A stretch of 64,000 nucleotides of DNA from positions 37,696,001-37,760,000 of the forward strand of contig OY740786.1 in the NCBI GenBank assembly GCA_963514005.1, given 5' to 3'. The DNA comes from Raja brachyura (Eukaryota). Positions 1 through 12,320 of this stretch are shown piece after piece. Position 1 is the first letter of the stretch, and each line of letters begins with the position of its first letter. The position numbers were made by a program, and so were the translations under genes. The notes below the pieces were generated by a model that saw only the letters and a program-made list of their open reading frames with translations, was not told where the DNA came from and made no database searches.

Positions 1-135
1 TGGCGGGGGTGAAATGAGTATGTGGCCAGGATGATGATGCTGGCTCTGACGATGCTGGCTACCTTTTTAAGGCAGCGACTCTGATAAATCCCTTCGATGG
101 TGGGGACGTCAGAACCGGTGATGGACTGGGCCGTT
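1..135 (-). mobile_element. Rex1/Babar-like LINE fragment
   Basis: Reverse strand resembles the ...RCLKK..SI...HHPGH.LISP ORF end also seen at 690-825 and 49240-49445. Confidence 0.5.
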
Positions 136-458
136 CACAAATGTTTGCAATCTTTTCCGCTGAACAGTCACCTTAAATTCGGAACTGGTATCAGGAGCAG
201 CAGTGGAGTGTCATGCTCTCCTCAAGAGATCCCATTTCCATTTGCAGTTAATGCTGACATTAACACTCAACATTCCTTTTAGGATGTTCAACTGACTCAC
301 CTGGGAAAACAAGGACTGGAAATTATTCCTCTATTGTATGTGCTAAATGTGCAATGTATTATTGTATGCACACTGAACTCTGCTTTTAAATTTGCTTCCA
401 GTGACAAATTTCATACACTGGCTTTCCCGAATAGAAGAGTCAAGACTCAAGACTGTTT

Positions 459-625
459 TAGACAATAGACAATAGGTTTGATCCAGCCATTCAATGTGAT
501 CATGGCTGATCACCCCAATCTGTACCCCATTCCTGCCTTCTCCCCATATCCCGATCTAGCTCTCTCTTGAAAGTTTCCAGAGAACCGGCCTCCACTGAGG
601 CAGAGAATTCCACAGACTCACTGTG
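459..625 (-). mobile_element. CR1 LINE 3' end, internally deleted, (TATTGTC)n tail
   Basis: Reverse complement of the CR1 3' UTR (GATCAGCCATGATCACATTGAATGG) found in other copies in this window. Confidence 0.75.
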
Positions 626-689
626 GAGTGAGGATATATATGTATATATATATGTGTGCGTGCGTGCGTGTGTATAATAATAATATTGT

Positions 690-825
690 AGTTCAGAGCT
701 TATTTGATTGTTGGGAAGAAGCTGTTCCTGAACCTGGACGTTACAGTTTTCAGGCTCCTATACCTTCTTTCCGATGGCAGGGGTGAAATTGTGTGGCAAG
801 GATGGTGTGGGTCTCTGATGATGCA
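690..825 (-). mobile_element. Rex1/Babar-like LINE 3' fragment
   Basis: Minus strand reads IIRDPHHP...SPLPSERRYRSLKTVTSRFRNSFFP, a typical Rex1/Babar ORF C-terminus. Confidence 0.65.
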
Positions 826-960
826 GTCCTGCCATCCCGGAAATTAACCTTGTAAACCTACGCTGCACTCCCTCAATAGCAAGAATGTCCTTCCTCAAAT
901 TAGGAGACCAAAACAGCACACAATACGCCAGGTGTGGTCTCACTAGGGCCCTGTACAACT
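826..960 (-). mobile_element. CR1 ORF2 fragment
   Basis: LYRALVRPHLAYCVLFWSPNLRKDILAIEGVQRRFTRLI. Confidence 0.85.
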
Positions 961-1138
961 GAAGGACAGAGACGTTAAATTAACTGAAGCAGAGCAAACA
1001 GAAATGTCCAAGTGCCCTTTTGTGTGGTGCCATTTGTTCCCATTCACTCCAATGGGATTATTGTATATTGTATATGAGTCAGGAATATAGGCAGCTGATT
1101 TTGTAGACACGTCATTTGCATTAATAATGAGACCAGGC

Positions 1139-1842
1139 CAGGCACGTGCCGTGAGTAATCAGCCAGGGTAGGCAGTGGCTTTTAAAAATCTTGAAAACCG
1201 CGCATGCACAGATTATTCTCTCCCTGGTGAGCTGCCGGTCGGCATTTTTTTATCTTGAAAACTGTGCATGCGCACAATGTTCCCTCGACTTTTATCATGT
1301 AATTTGTTTTCAATAGGTCCTATCTCTTAATAAAGTATTTAAAAACATATAGCTCCAAAAAATTTACTTACCATATTATTTATGCACAAAATCCATTCTT
1401 CTCTCTTTGTTTGCAGCAAAAATAGCCATAAGGTTGCTTCGTGAAACTCGTCAGGCAATCACTATCCACCCTTGAAAATCCCGCTAAGAAACTTGCGCAT
1501 GGCGCATGCGCATGCGCAGTAGGATGGAGCGCATGCGCAGTGCGCAACGCAGCACATGCACTGGTTCACAGTGTAAAGGCAGAGTTTCAGCTGCCTTTAC
1601 AGACCTTTCCCACTGATGGCTTGAAGCAGCGTCGACGGAACGTGAGTAGTACATACTTCCGCGTTTAAAACTTACTGCTGATGAAAGGCACGGGAGAATT
1701 AGGGAGGCATAATTCTCCCGTGCCTTTACTATTTATGACCATTTTATGGATGTTTTATATATATTTTATATATATTATATTCATATATAAAATAATTACT
1801 ATTTTATTATTTTAGTCAGCCTACCCTGACGGCACGTGCCTG
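1139..1842. mobile_element. hAT-type non-autonomous DNA transposon (MITE), ~704 bp
   Basis: Terminal inverted repeats CAGGCACGTGCCGT...CAGGGTAGGC / GCCTACCCTGACGGCACGTGCCTG. 8-bp flanking duplication GACCAGGC (1131-1138) / AACCAGGC (1843-1850). No transposase. Confidence 0.75.
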
Positions 1843-1899
1843 AACCAGGCATTATATCAACCACACATAGTTAAAGTTCTTCTCACAATTCACTGTACC

Positions 1900-2971
1900 A
1901 GAATCGGAGGGCAGCGAAGTGGTTACGTTTCTTGCAGTAATTGCAAGGTTTTCCATTTGCTGGACAAAATTGTCAATCTTTATTATGGAAATAGTTGCAG
2001 TTTGCACACCTCTGTGGTGGCTCATTCACAGATCTTTTAGTAGCGGCTGATGCGGTGTGATTACTGAAACTGGTCAGATTGACATTAAGTTTCTGAGTAA
2101 CAGACTGAGTGTCAAGCTGATCACTCAGCGGGGCCACGACCTCCGACATACAGCAGGCGTGTACAGCCTGTTCAAGAGTCAGGTCTGCATTTCGTAGTAG
2201 CTCTGTTTTTAACTTACAATCAGACATGCCGCTAACGATCTTATCGCATATTAACTCATTGGTTATCTCACCAAAGCGACATCGCGGGGCCTTATACTTT
2301 AAATCACAAATGAAACGTTCCACAGGCTCATCTGGAAGCTGGTGTCATGCAAAAAGCTTAGCTCTTTCAAGAATTCGGTTAGATGATATGTCACATAACT
2401 CACAGAATTTTCGTAGCAGCACATTTGGGTTGCGCGCCGCCTCAGCTGGGACCAGCGCCTGGCCATTCACGTCTAGTACAGGTGGCGCAAAGTCGAAAGT
2501 CTGCGCGCGAATCATGGCCTCTGGTCCTGCCAGGTTGAGCAAGAGAGATGCCTTGACCTCATCTGGGTCGTTGCGATGGGCAATATTGATGTAGTGCTCA
2601 TAGTCGATTTCAAAGATCCTCCATAGCTTGCCTATGTCTGTATCAAAGATTAGTTGGGCTGGCTTTCGCCATGAGTGAGCCATCGTAGCAAAAGATCAAA
2701 TCATTAAAATGCAAATAAAACCAGATGAATAGATGCAGTGGGCAGTTTCCAGCTTTCTGATACCAAGTAAACAAGTGTACGAACACTGTATGGTGTTTAA
2801 GTCAGCTTTAATCATCAGTCATAATGGCACAATACAATACATGTTAGTCCCACTCTACCACTAGTGTGACTACGTTATATAGGAAATGAGTGTTAATACG
2901 AAGTGTTCAATAGGGTGGAGTTAGTGGTAGTATATTACTCTGATTGGTTCACATGCAATAACCAATCTACA
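1900..2971 (-). mobile_element. Truncated Ty3/Gypsy LTR retrotransposon: 5' LTR (~2766-2971), primer-binding site and disrupted gag
   Basis: LTR starts TGTAG at 2971 and contains TATATAA and ATTAAA. PBS-like TGGTATCAGAAAG at 2765-2753. gag from ATG 2683 has in-frame stops (2345, 1973), motifs NRILERAKLF, ELICDKIVSG, LLRNADLTLEQA and two Cys/His knuckles (CANCNYFH...C; CNYCKKRNHFA), Mag-clade-like. Confidence 0.8.
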
Positions 2972-2972
2972 A

Positions 2973-3250
2973 GTTTAGTTTAGTTTAGATTAGTTTACTT
3001 TAGTTTATTTTAGTTTAGTTTTGTTGGCCCATACCGACCCATGCTGACCCATACACCATTTCTATCCTACACACTCTGGACAATTTACAGAAGACAATTA
3101 ACCTAATAAGCTGCACATCTTTGGAATCTGGGAGGAAACCAGAGCACCCGGAGAAAACCCACAAGGTCGCAGGGGGAACTTACAAACCCCAAACAGACAG
3201 GACCCAGAATCAGGATAGAACCCGCATGCATCTCTACCGCCCCACAGTGG
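2973..3250 (-). mobile_element. V-SINE/HE1-like tRNA-derived SINE with (CTAAA)n tail
   Basis: Reverse complement of the V-domain core GTGGGTTTTCTCCGGGTGCTCTGGTTTCCTCCCA. (GTTTA)n at 2973-3020. Confidence 0.75.
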
Positions 3251-3289
3251 CCTTAACAGCAACATTGCTAGAATTTAGTGCTAGAACTT

Positions 3290-3712
3290 AACTCGCTAGA
3301 TTTTAGAAGATTGAGGGGGGATCTTATAGAAACTTACAGAATTCTTAAGGGGTTGGACAGGCTAGATGCAGGAAGATTGTTTCCGATGTTGGGGAAGTCC
3401 AGAACAAGGGGTCACAGTTTAAGGATAAGGTGGAAATCTTTTAGGACCGAGATGAGAAAAACATTTTTCACACAGAGAGTGGTGAGTCTTTGGAATTCTC
3501 TGCCACAGAAGGTAGTTGAGGTCAGTTCATTGGCTATATTTAAGAGGGAGTTAGATGTGGCCCTTGTGGCTAGAGGGATCTGGGTGTATGGTGAGAAGGC
3601 AGGTACGGGATACTGAGTTGGATGATCAGCCATGATCATATTGAATGGCGGTGCAGGCTCGAAGGGCCGAATGGCCTACTCCTGCACCTATTTTCTATGT
3701 TTCTATGTTTCT
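3290..3712 (+). mobile_element. CR1 LINE 3' end, (TTTCTATG)n tail
   Basis: RRLRGDLIETYRILKGLD...TRGHSLRI...FFTQRVVSLWNSLP followed by the 3' UTR. Confidence 0.9.
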
Positions 3713-3934
3713 AACATCAACATCTCATAAATCAAAGAGAACACGGACACAACTTAAAATATCAGACAAGAGCAATTCAAAGGCTGGAAATCCTGTGATG
3801 AGTGATTTGCTTCATGAGTTCCCAAAGCCTTTCCACAGGCTGAAAAGCAAAATTCAGGTCGATGATGGAAAATTCATCAAAAACTCCACACCGTGGACAA
3901 GATTGACTACTTGATTGTCTTTCGATCCTCTATC

Positions 3935-4250
3935 CTAAACTTTCACTCCCTCCACCACTGACACACTGACAGCAATGTTTATCATCGACAAAGAGTACTT
4001 CAAGAACACACAGAAACTTCTCTGCCATTACTTTTCAAACCAGCAAACCAAGAGCATGGAAACATCACCATCTTCCTTATTTGGAAATGCACCCCCATTC
4101 CTTCAGGATCACAAGCCTTCCTAGTAGCTCTATGGGAATATCTTTGCACAATGGCTGTAGTTTCCCAGAAATAGAAATCACCATCACCCTCTAGGGTTAT
4201 TAGTCCTGGGCAATGAGTACAAACTATCAAGTGATGTGTATATATGTTTG
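3935..4250 (+). mobile_element. Highly decayed LINE 3' remnant (family uncertain)
   Basis: CACTCCCTCCACCAC...ATCACCATCACC...GGGCAAT resembles a common elasmobranch LINE tail. Recognition only. Confidence 0.35.
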
Positions 4251-4544
4251 TGAATTTAAAGAAACTTAATCCAAAATATGTTCAGTGATTACTTCCACAA
4301 ATTTTGCATCATAATGAGAGGTCACACACTGACCCATAGGGTAGCCATACAGATGCCATAATTTAGAGCATGTGACTTGTTGGAGAAGCAGGTTTAGGTA
4401 AAATGCATTAAAAGTGTAATAGTAATTGCAAAACTGAAATGTGCATTGCTCAGCAAGTCAGATGCTGCCTGCCTTTGGTAACCCTGTCGTAGTTTTTAAA
4501 CAATAGTAGAGGCGAAGTAATGGTTATTAAAGGTGAAACTTTAA

Positions 4545-4765
4545 AGGTTGACAAAAATGCTGGAGAAACTCAGTGGGTGAGGTAGCATTTATGAAGCGAA
4601 GGAATAGGTGACGTTTCGGGATGAGACCCTTCTTCAGTCTGAAGAAGGGTCTCGACCCGAAACGTCACCTATTCCTTTGCTCCATAAATGCTGCCTCAAC
4701 CGCTGAGTTTCACAACATTTTTGTCTACCTCTGATTTTTCCAGCATCTGCAGTTCTTTCTTAAGC
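4545..4765. mobile_element. Palindromic PLE terminal repeat with hammerhead motif on both strands
   Basis: ~93-bp imperfect arms centred on 4638. Intact plus-strand CTGAAGAAGGGTCTCGACCCGAAACGTC at 4639-4666. Flanked by CTTTAAAGGTT direct repeats (4539-4549, 4769-4779). Confidence 0.75.
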
Positions 4766-6744
4766 AAGCTTTAAAGGTTTGTCATTGGATAAGTAGTGCA
4801 TTTCTATCAACCTGTATCAGGTTTGTTTAAAAAGCAACTGCAAACCAAAGAAGAGAATCGAATTTGCTCAACTTTCATGTTTAACGAAAGTTAGTTTTTG
4901 TGTTTGGGCTGAAGGATTCAATGTCATTTGAATAATTAAAATTAACATGCAATTAATTTTCTGTGAAGTGTTATGTGAAGTGTAAATCCCTGTTGTGTAG
5001 GTATTTGATTAGATGGCAATTCTGTGCTATATCTCCAGCAGTTTTATGGTAAGGGGACTTAAAAAACAGGGAGGTTTGTTAGTTACTGATGTTTGAAATG
5101 CACTTGCAATTTTCTTTTAATTCAAAACTAAAAACTATTATATATTGGGAATATGTTGGACACAAATATACACGCACATACATACATTCACATTTGCATC
5201 TACCTAACATATATGTTTGTATATTGTGTATATAATATGGAAAACCTTTACGATATATTTATAGAAAATAAGCTATGATTTGTGCTGACTGTGAGTAAAA
5301 ATCAAACCTCTCTCAAGTTATTGAAATCTGCAAGAAACTGGAACTACTTTGCTGACTGATTGTTGGCGGGAGTACGGTATCATTGTCATTGGATCTAGAA
5401 ACCGATACTTCAATACCTGACTGCACTGAGAGGATGTTAATGAAGGTGCTTAATGCTGTCATTGGCTGTAAGACAATCCAGGGCACAAAGAGAAATAGAA
5501 CTCGGATGTGGCTTGCAGTGTTGTTTATTATATTCAATTTGAAAAAAAATCTCAGGCCTCCAGAGGGGCAATTCAGAAAAGCTGTAGACAGATGCTATGA
5601 ACCCTGGAGTCCACTTCAAATGCACTCAGGTCAGAGAGGAAGATTAAAGTCACATTGTTACGTAAAATGAATGGAGAGAAATACTTTGGACTACCATGAC
5701 CTGATGCAGAAGTATGTAGATTATTTGCACTCATAATTTTCATTATGTTGCAACATCATTGAAGTTCTTTAAATGAGCATTTACTTGTAATGAAATAACA
5801 TATTTATTTATAAATACAGCAAATGAAATAATGGATGATTATGAGCACTGATTTTGAAGATATTAATTGGTTAAATCAACTGTGTCTAATGCTTTCCATC
5901 TGCTGGTAAGGCAAACATTTTCTGAAAATTGACAGCATGCAATATTACAATGTTTGCACATCACATTTATATGATTAAATCATTAATGTTACAAGATAAT
6001 TGAAAGAAATAGTGTAAATAGCCAACCCATGTTGGAAACTGGATGGACTCAGCTGTATGCTAATATGATGTCCATCATTGGCTATGACCAAAACCATCAT
6101 ATTAATAGAAATAGGTTGCATATCTGAATATGCCCATTGGTATTGCATATCAAGGGCCACTTGCAAGTATTAGGTGGAACATGTAAGGCATTGGATGTTG
6201 GGGCCTCGAAGTTAAATATGCAGTTACCATGCTGGTCATAAAAAATGCAGATAGCAAAAAGCTAGAATCTTTTGTTAGACAAATGCGCTTTACCTTGCAA
6301 TAGCTATGAATTTAAGTTTTATTCAGTCTGTGTAATTCCACTTCATGTTACTGTCACTCTTTACACAGCTTTCCTTGAAACTACCTTTTATTGGGAGAAG
6401 CAATTCATTGGAGCTTTTAAATTGCAGAAGTCACTTAAATTAAATATTTCTGACATGCACATTGTGAAAAAAGGTGGGACTGAAGTGCCACTAACGGTCT
6501 CTTTTGCAAGTATTATTTCTCACTACACTTTGATTTTGTTATGAATATTAGACGTAATATATAATAAATGTATCACAGTGAGTAAAACAAAAGGTGTAAC
6601 AAAAGGAAATATTGATTATATTTATTACATACCTTTCTGATTGAGAGAGGGAATTCCTGTTTTTAAGTGCCGATGGTCTTGGATAACCTTTTCAGGATGG
6701 TGGTGGCATTTGTTTGCTGTCATTGTTTATAAAATAGTTTTGAA

Positions 6745-7027
6745 GCATAGAAAAATAGGTGCAGGAGTAGGCCATTCGGCCATATGAGCCAGCACCGTCA
6801 TTCAATATCATCATCTAAAATCAGCACTCTGTTCCAGCTTTTTTCCCCATATCCCTTATTCCTTTAGCCCGAAGAGCTAAATCTAACTCTCTCTTGAAAA
6901 CATCCAGTGAATTGGCCTACACTGCCTTCTATGGCAGAGAATTCCACAGATTCATGACTCCGGGTGAAGAAGTTTTTCCTCATCTCAGTCGTAAATGGCC
7001 AAACTTTATTCTTAAACTGTGACCCCT
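6745..7027 (-). mobile_element. CR1 LINE 3' part (host of the nested 7028-8527 insertion; continues at 8530-8735)
   Basis: AAACTGTGACCCCT at ~7014-7027 resumes as GGACTCCCCCAACATC at ~8531. Confidence 0.8.
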
Positions 7028-8527
7028 GATTATTTCAAATGTCATTAGAAACTGGAATAGTCCCCGAGGATTGGCGTACTGCGAATGTTGTTCCATTGTT
7101 TAAAAAGGGTTCTAAAAGTAAACCTAGCAATTATAGACTGGTTAGTTTGACTTCAGTGGTGGGCAAATTAATGGAAAAGATACTTAGAGATAATATATAT
7201 AAGTATCTGGATAAAGAGGGTCTAATTAGGAACAGTCAACATGGATTTATGCCTGGAAGGTCATGTTTGACTAATCTTCTTGAATTTTTTGAAGAGGTTA
7301 CTAGGGAAATTGACGAGGGTAAAGCAGTGGATGTTGTCTATATGGACTTCAGTAAGGCCTTTGACAAGGTTCCTCATGGAAGGTTGGTTAAGAAGGTTCA
7401 ACTGTTGGGTATAAATGCAGGAATAGCAAGATGGATTTAACAGTGGCTGAATGGGAGAAGCCAGAGGGTAATGGTGGATGGCTGTTTGTCGGGTTGGAGG
7501 CAGGTGACTAGTGGGGTGCCTCAGGGATCTGTGTTGGGTCCTTTGTTGTTTGTCATGTACATCAATGATCTGGATTAAGGGGTGGTAAATTGGATTAGTA
7601 AGTATGCAGATGATACCAAGATAGGGGGTGTTGTGGATAATGAAGAGGATTTCCAAAGTCTACAGAGTGATTTAGGCCAGTTGGAAAAATGGGCTGAAAG
7701 ATGGCAGATGGAGTTTAATGCTGATAAATGTGAGGTGCTACACCTTGGCAGGACAAATCAAAATAGGACGTACATGGTAAACGGTAGGGAATTGAAGAAT
7801 ACAGTTGAACAGAGGGATCTGGGAATAACCGTGCATAGTTCCTTGAAGGTAGAATCTCATATAGATAGGGTGGTAAAGAAAGCTTTTGGTATGCTAGCCT
7901 TTATAAATCAGAGCATTGAGTATAGAAGCTGGGATGTAATGTTAAAATTGTACAAGGCGTTGGTGAGACCAAATCTGGAGTATGGTGTACAATTTTGGTC
8001 GCCCAATTACAGGAAGGATGTCAACAAAATAGAGAGGGTACAGAGGAGATTTACTAGAATGTTGCCTGGGTTTCAACAGCTAAGTTACAGAGATAGGTTG
8101 AATAAGTTAGGTCTTTATTCTCTGGAGAGCAGAAGGTTAAGGGGGGACTTGATAGAGGTCTTTAAAATGATGAGAGGGATAGACAGAGTTAATGTGGACA
8201 AGCTTTTCCCTTTGAGAATAGGGAAGATTCAAACAAGGGGACATGACTTTACAATTAAGGGACAGAGGTTTAGGGGTAACATGAGGGGGAACTTCTTTAC
8301 TCAGAGAGTGGTAGCGGTGTGGAATGAGCTTCCAGTGGAAGTGGTGGCGGCAGGTTCGTTGGTATCATTTAAAAATAAATTGGATAGGCATATGGATGAG
8401 AAGGGTATGGAGGGTTATGGTATGAGTGCAGGCAGGTGGGACTAAGGGAAAAAAGTTGTTCGGCACGGACTTGAAGGGCCGAGATGGCCTGTTTCCGTGC
8501 TGTAATTGTTATATGGTTATATGGTTA
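7028..8527 (+). mobile_element. 5'-truncated CR1 LINE (second family), reverse transcriptase with two in-frame stops, (TATATGGT)n tail
   Basis: [66 protein letters not shown]. ORFs 7039-7440 and 7582-8445 are in one frame. Confidence 0.93.
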
Positions 8528-8529
8528 TT

Positions 8530-8735
8530 ATGGACTCCCCCAACATCAGGCACATTTTTCCTGCATTTAGCCTGTCCAATCCTTTAAGAATTTTATATCT
8601 TGCTATATGATCCCCTCTCATCCTTCTAAATTCCAGTGACTACAAGCCCAGTTTACCCATTCTTTCATCATATGTCAGTCCTGCCATCCTGGGAATTAAC
8701 CTGGTGAACCTACGATACATCCCTCAATAGCAATA
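8530..8735 (-). mobile_element. CR1 fragment (remainder of the 6745-7027 element)
   Basis: Reverse complement of the CR1 ORF2 region AIEG...RRFTRLIPRMAGL. Confidence 0.75.
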
Positions 8736-10334
8736 ACAATACCCAATTTTGGTCCCTTTGGCAAATTGGGAATCATAATTAAATGTCTAAAGTCTATGGC
8801 GCTATAAATGTGCTACTAAAGCTCACGTCCTGATTTGCCAGACAATAAAACTAAACTGCAGTTAATTCTTCTAACAACAGGATGTCATCCATAAGGGACA
8901 CAATACTTTCTGGAGGATTTCAGACATCTCTTTGGCTGGATAGGGAATATTTCAAATGAACATCTTTAAAAAGTGCAATTTCCGTGTTCTTGTTAGAAAT
9001 CAGAAACAAAGAAAGAAACAGCATTTATTTTGTTTCTACTAAACTCTATTTTAAAGGGATTCAGGAACATAGTAATGGCTAATGTGAATTAAACATTTGA
9101 TATGAGGGCAAAGATAAGTCAAATTTGTACTGCCTACTGAAAGATTGTCATTTTGAAAGCATCACACTGCGCACAGAGATTTTGTGTGCCTGCCATTAAA
9201 TGACTTACCCAGTTCTGAGTCAATCTTTTAACTAAATAATTTTGCATTCCTTTTAATATAAAAACATTATTGAATTTATGTTTATCTTATGCCCATGTAA
9301 AAGTTATATAAATAAAATGACCTATAATAATATAAGACGCTAACATATCAGTGCTACAGCAAAAAAAAACCCTACCTGCTTGAGGACTATTTATTTCTTC
9401 TGAATAAAAACGTAACAGATGTAATAGCACACTAAAATTGGTAAATTTATATTTATTGCTTTGAAGTGTTGATTCTGTTTAATTATTAAACCACTAAGGT
9501 AGTTCTTGACTGCTGCATTATTCCCAACACCAAGATTTATCACATCAACAACTTTCATTAAATATTCAAACAGAAATCTGTTGATCACCGAAAAAAGTTC
9601 TCAAATATGCTCATTAGTGAACAAAAAATATTTTTTTGTAATATGATACCAAGCCGGCAAAGCTTATGAGGAGGACTTTTGCAAAGCACAGAGAGAAAGA
9701 GTGTCACCTTTCTGACCACCCTCTCTCCTCTCTTCTGTACACCCTCATAAAATATTTATCATTGATTCTGAATGACCATCCTCATTATTCTTAGAATCCT
9801 CCCAGATTCCCCAACGATGTCATAGAAATGTTAGAACCATTAGGTTAAGGCAAAACTACCATCTGCAATGTGCCTCATCCCAATCGTGGAATCTTCTGGG
9901 GTCAGCATTTGAATTTCATCATGAGACATAACTGAAATAGATAGCCCATGATTGCTTTCTGTGTGCAGAATGAAAACTTGCATTGTGCTTTGAATTTATA
10001 GAGATCAAAGTTATAAAATAGTATTTTTCAGACTTTGTCATGATACATGAATAAATCCTGAATTAATTGCTTTGGAAGGAGTGGTGTTACGATCATTTGC
10101 TTATTTACTTTTGGGTCTCACAGTCCATTTATTACATCTAAGTATGTCTGTTTAATGGATAAACTCAAAGGATAGCTTCAATGGAAATGTTGACCTCACA
10201 CCCACAATGATGACCATCCAATTACATATAACCAGAGAATTGGAGGCATTTGCAGCTTGTTTTAGTTTTCACGTTCCAATGACGTTTAAGGTGGTCTCTT
10301 TTCTACTATCCACAGAACCTGCTGAAGCATCCAA

Positions 10335-11175
10335 TGGTTCAATCATGCTTTATTGTCACGTGCAAATGCACAGTGAAAATCGTTGCCACAGAAGGCTGTG
10401 GATGCCAAGTCAATGGATATTTTCAAGGCAGAGATAAATAGATTCTTGTTTGGTACAGGGATTATGGGGAGAAAACAGGAGAATAGGGTTTAGAGGGAAG
10501 ATAGATCAGCCATGATTGAATGGCGTAGACTTGTTGAGGCGAATGGTCTCATTTAGCTCCTATTGCTTATGAACTTATGAACTTATGAATTTATTTTCTT
10601 ACAATCAGTCCAGTAGAGTATTGCTGTACCTAAGCAAATCCCAATTAGCAAAGTGTACAGAAATAGTCCACTGAGCCGCATGCAAGAGGCATCATGTTTG
10701 GTGCCATTTTCAAAGACCAGTCCACACTCAAGATCTATGAGCATTGCCCAATCCAGGCAAGCCCCAGGCTACTGCAGGCCTCCAGCCGTCACTTTCCTTG
10801 GATGTATGGATCGACCTGTGAACTGACATAACTTTCCTCGCCAGTCCACCTTTGTGCCCCGGCTGCACCTCCTTCATCAACCTGGATGGTATAGTATAGT
10901 AGGCCATTCCCCAGTTCCCTCTCCTCCCGTACTTGCGCCCTGCTTCTTGCCCATTGCGTCCGACGTCATCACCGGTCCATGCCCCCAGCCTCTGGTCTTC
11001 TGCGAAGAGCAGGGCCTGCTTGGTGGCTTCCCCTTTACAGACCACAGCCCAATGGGTCTTAGTGCCTCCAGCCACTGGGGATGAGCAGGACTGACACGGC
11101 AGCTTTCGCCAACAGGCCGCTGCCAGTTGGAGCTTCTACCACTGCACGCTGGGCGCTGGGAGCTTCTGCTGCCGT
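10335..11175 (-). repeat. GC-rich non-coding retroposon-like element (unclassified)
   Basis: Abrupt GC-rich block in an AT-rich context. Minus-strand 3' end TTTCACTGTGCATTTGCACGTGACAATAAA resembles the tail of the 53385-54070 element. Confidence 0.4.
10383..10590 (+). mobile_element. CR1 3' end fragment, (TTATGAAC)n tail
   Basis: GCCACAGAAGGCTGTGG...GATCAGCCATGATTGAATGGC. It appears inserted into the GC-rich element spanning ~10335-11175. Confidence 0.65.
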
Positions 11176-11494
11176 GCGACTATTTCTATTTACCTGTGCA
11201 ACAATTCCTAGTATAATCTTAAAACTTTTGTATTGTTTAGGAAGAAAGCTGTAAAATAAATGACTGGCATAAAAATGGAGGTGAGCATTGTTAACCATTT
11301 CTACTAGTATTAATGAAAAGAGCATGTAGTATTGTTGTTTAAATGGTCACAAATATGAAGTCTTCAGTTTATAGAAATGGTTTGATTATGCAGTGCTTCC
11401 CACCTAAATAAGTCCAATAGACCGTATGACAAATGCAGAATTAGGCCATTCAGTCCATCGTGTCTGCTCTGCCATTCTATCATGGCTCCATTTA

Positions 11495-11752
11495 GAAAGG
11501 AAAAACTTTTTCACCCAGAGAATTGTGAATCTGTGGAATTCTCTGCCTCAGAAGGCAGTGGAGGCCAATTCTCTGGATGTTTTCAAGAGAGAGCTAGATA
11601 GGGCTCTTAATGATAGCGGAGTCAAGGGATATGATGAGAAGGCAGGAACGGGGTACTGATCGTGGCTGACCAGCCATGATCTCATTGAAAGGTGGTGCTG
11701 GCTCGAAGAGCCGAATGGCCTACTCCTGCACCTATTGTCTATTGTCTATTGA
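11495..11752 (+). mobile_element. CR1 3' end, (TATTGTC)n tail
   Basis: RKNFFTQRIVNLWNSLPQKAVEA...KAGTGY stop, then 3' UTR. Confidence 0.85.
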
Positions 11753-11921
11753 TCTATTTTATTTTGTCATGCTTTAGCTATATTTTTTGTTAGACTGTGA
11801 ATTTTCTTCACTGAAGAGCAATGTAAATTGGAGAACAATGAAGTTTAATTTAGGGTGTACTCCATATTTCTTCTCGTAAAAAAGCTCCATAAGACCAAAC
11901 GCCTTAATCTTGATTAATATT

Positions 11922-12320
11922 GTTTCTTTTTTTTAACTCAACATTTATTGACATAACAAAATACACATACAGACAAAACAAAGAGACACACAAAAGACAA
12001 TTGCAAAATATAAATCACCTAACCTCTATTGGCATCACATCAAATCCTCTTAACATTCCATCATATGAGCATCTTACTCACAGGTACCAGAGCAAGCTCA
12101 TCCATTCATATCCTTAATCAATCTTGGCATTTGTAATAGTACTGGTTTCCATATAATATTAAAGGCATCGGTCCTCAACTGGAGTTTAGCAGTTATACTT
12201 TCCATCAAGTATACATTTTTCAATCTTTCTCTCCACTGTTGAACATATGGTGGCATTTTCCTTCTCCATTTATAACATGAAACATTATTAATTAAGTAAA
12301 GGTGTTTGGTCCACATTTTT
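11922..12320 (-). mobile_element. L1/Tx1-like LINE 3' end with poly(A)
   Basis: KW...PP...QW..RL......E.IT......DAF...WKP C-terminal pattern, then AATAAA and an A-rich tail (T-run at 11923-11934 on plus). Confidence 0.55.
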
